From contig DATEGA010000074.1 of assembly GCA_035280345.1 (NCBI GenBank), positions 6,664 through 70,663 of the forward strand: a stretch of 64,000 nt of DNA. The letters are read 5' to 3'. The notes under the pieces are model-generated. The model worked only from the letters and a program-made list of their open reading frames with translations, was not told where the DNA came from and searched no databases. Every line of letters starts with the position of its first letter. Within the stretch, counting starts at the first letter, position 1. The position numbers and the translations under genes are program-made. Below are positions 62,197-64,000 of the stretch, in pieces. This DNA comes from a bacterium (GTDB lineage: Bacteria; Sysuimicrobiota; Sysuimicrobiia; Sysuimicrobiales; Segetimicrobiaceae).

Positions 62197-63165
62197 TCAC
62201 TGTCCGCGGCCGAGACCGGCCACGCGCTCAACAAACAGGCCCGCCAGCCGGCCGCCGTCGACGTCGAGGCACACGGTGGCGTTGGGCTCTCTGCCGAGCT
62301 GGCCGCGGAAGTCCACCACCGTTTGGCCCTGGCACAGGCCGCAGGTCTCGATGACGACAGGTAGATCCTCGCCCGTGAACACGTCAGGGCGGACGGCGTA
62401 CCCGACCGCGGGGACGTCGTTGAAGTGCACCCACGCGCCCGCCCCGTACTCCGACCAACGCTTCACTGGGGGCGCGACCTTGCGGTAGGCGTCGGCGATG
62501 AACCGGCTCATTTCCGCCAACCGCTTGGCCGGGGCGGCGCCATCGCGCGCCAATCCTCTCAACTGGTCGTCGGTGACATACACTTTGCGGCACACGTCGA
62601 GGCCGATCTGGACGATCGGCGCTCCAGAGTCGTACACGACGGCCGCGGCCCAAGGATCGTTGAAAAAGTTCGCCGACGCAACCGGGCTCGCATTGCCCAT
62701 CGTGAGAACGGCGCCGCCCATGCAGATGATGCGTTTGACCCGCTGTGCCATCGTGGGGTCCTGCGACAGCGCGAGCGCGATGTTCGTGAGCGGACCAAGC
62801 CCAACAATGGTGACAGCGCCGGAGTGGCGATTGACGTGGTCGAGAATTGCCTCGACCGCTCCACCCGGCGTTCCGGCGTGCTCTCCGGCGGGCCAGTCAA
62901 GATTGCCCAGACCGTCGTCGCCGTGGATGCGTTTGGCAAATTTCGGCGCCCCGTGCAGCGGGCGGCCCGCGCCCATTCGGACGGGAACGTCACGGCGCTC
63001 GGCGAGCGCCAGCAGCCGCTGCGCATTGACCGTCGACTGCTCGACGGCGACGTTGCCAAACACGGTCGTGACGAGATCAACCTGGACTTCCGGGGAGGCG
63101 AGCGCAAAGAAGATCGCCGCGGCGTCGTCGATACCCGGATCCGTGTCGATAATTAGGTGTTCCAA
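62197..63165 (-). CDS. Nucleoside hydrolase (inosine/uridine-preferring, IUNH family), copy 1
   Basis: Contains HLIIDTDPGIDDAAAIFFA (DxDxxxDD calcium/ribose motif), HGDDGLG and GPLTNIA. The track start is GTG 63180. I prefer TTG 63165 (SD TGGAG, 7-nt spacer). Confidence 0.85.
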   Translation of the reverse strand: MEHLIIDTDPGIDDAAAIFFALASPEVQVDLVTTVFGNVAVEQSTVNAQRLLALAERRDVPVRMGAGRPLHGAPKFAKRIHGDDGLGNLDWPAGEHAGTPGGAVEAILDHVNRHSGAVTIVGLGPLTNIALALSQDPTMAQRVKRIICMGGAVLTMGNASPVASANFFNDPWAAAVVYDSGAPIVQIGLDVCRKVYVTDDQLRGLARDGAAPAKRLAEMSRFIADAYRKVAPPVKRWSEYGAGAWVHFNDVPAVGYAVRPDVFTGEDLPVVIETCGLCQGQTVVDFRGQLGREPNATVCLDVDGGRLAGLFVERVAGLGRGQ

Positions 63166-63303
63166 CAGCGTACTCCACACGGGGCCGACGTTGTGAAGCA
63201 GTGCTGAGCGTGGAACTTCTTCGCAAGGCCGGCACCCTCGACCTCCCGGCCTGTGCGCGGCCGCAGGCTTAGAATGGGTTTGCGCAGGGCCGGCTGCCGC
63301 CAG

Positions 63304-64000
63304 TTACGGGGCCGAGGCGATCACCTGCTCGTACCAGTCGAGAATTCCGTCGGCGTCGGCCTTCATGCACACTCGAACGTTGGCCGGCTTATCCGTCTGA
63401 GGCCGAAAATCCGCGACCGTCATGCCGCGGGTCAACGAACTTTCGATGTCCACGTCCACCGGCAGCTGCTGCGTCTCAAACAGCCCCGGCCGCAGTGCGT
63501 AGGCCATCACGAGCAGGTCGTGCACGGGAAAACCCGGGATGCCTTCAGAAGTGTAGGCGTCGGCGTAGAAGCCGGTGATCTGATAGATGAACTCTGCGAT
63601 CCGTGATCCGGCCGTTCGCATGCGTTCGCGCCGCGCGGCGCTGACCCGCACCCAGCGCGTCACGTCCTGCCCAACCATCGTCAGCTGGATGCCGGCCCCG
63701 AGTACGACCTTGGCGGCCTCCGGGTCGTTCAATATGTTGGCCGTCGCCACGGCGCTAACATTACCGGGGCCGCGCACGATCCCGCCCATGAAAATGATTT
63801 CCTTGACGGCGCCAGCAAACCCGGGCTCGAGTCGCATGGCCAGTGCCACGTTCGTCAGCGGCCCCAGGCAGAGCAGCGTAATCTTTCCAGGCGCTTCGAC
63901 CGCCCGCTGCGCCAGCTCCACCGCGGCGTAGCCGGCTTCCGGCGTCCGATCGGGAAGCGGCAACTGGACGCTGCCGAAACCGTTCGCGCCATGCACGGTC
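63304..64000 (-). CDS. Nucleoside hydrolase (IUNH family), copy 2; N-terminus beyond the right window edge
   Basis: Contains VHGANGFG, LLCLGPLTNVALA, IIFMGGIVRGPGNVSAVATANILNDPEAA and FPVHDLL. The frame stays open to position 64000, so the DTDxGxDD N-terminus is outside the window. Confidence 0.85.
   Translation of the reverse strand, partial: TVHGANGFGSVQLPLPDRTPEAGYAAVELAQRAVEAPGKITLLCLGPLTNVALAMRLEPGFAGAVKEIIFMGGIVRGPGNVSAVATANILNDPEAAKVVLGAGIQLTMVGQDVTRWVRVSAARRERMRTAGSRIAEFIYQITGFYADAYTSEGIPGFPVHDLLVMAYALRPGLFETQQLPVDVDIESSLTRGMTVADFRPQTDKPANVRVCMKADADGILDWYEQVIASAP

Noticed and set aside
1-64000. Search for CRISPR repeats, IS/transposase or integrase genes, tRNA/rRNA, defence-system hallmarks and long DNA-level repeats between the seven paralogous importer modules
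   Set aside because: I recognised none. The modules resemble each other only at protein-motif level, so these are old paralogues rather than recent duplications. The window therefore looks like core or accessory metabolic DNA rather than a mobile or defence island. A formal self-dot-plot and tRNA or Rfam scan would be needed to confirm this.

Overview
High-GC bacterial chromosomal DNA, almost saturated with coding sequence. I saw no rRNA, tRNA, CRISPR array, transposase or integrase gene, or phage gene. I call about 57 CDSs in eight co-directional blocks, many linked by 4-8 nt start/stop overlaps (ATGA, GTGA). The dominant theme is binding-protein-dependent uptake wired to small-molecule catabolism. 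There are nine ABC importers: seven Dpp/Opp-type modules (family-5 SBP plus DppB-like and DppC-like permeases), one PotABCD-like system, and one CUT1 sugar-type system next to two nucleoside hydrolases. The PotABCD-like system has a fused two-domain permease and carries the only ATPase gene I could find in the window. The importers are interleaved with four MmgE/PrpD-family proteins (three in tandem), M20, M24 and M14-like (AstE/AspA) hydrolases, three amidohydrolase-type or PuuE-like hydrolases, an OCD/mu-crystallin protein, an enolase-superfamily enzyme, an ACC-deaminase-fold PLP enzyme, an RraA-type aldolase, several oxidoreductases, and a 1058-aa sortilin/BNR double-propeller protein with no signal peptide. 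One GntR(FCD) regulator sits between a 9-gene minus-strand operon and a 14-gene plus-strand supercluster, next to a perfect 14-bp palindrome. Housekeeping insertions are a Mug-type glycosylase, SDRs and a CsbD-like protein. Most long ORFs in the supplied track that lie antisense to these genes are high-GC shadow ORFs, and I trimmed many track ORFs at the 5' end to SD-supported starts. The items most worth follow-up are: the ATPase-less importer archipelago; the two PrpD-centred catabolic cassettes of unknown substrate; the cytoplasmic sortilin-like protein inside a transporter operon; an M24 homologue that has lost three of five metal ligands; and an unannotated 22-codon hydrophobic micro-ORF with its own strand-specific terminator. 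All functional calls rest on motif and family recognition by eye. No database search was run.
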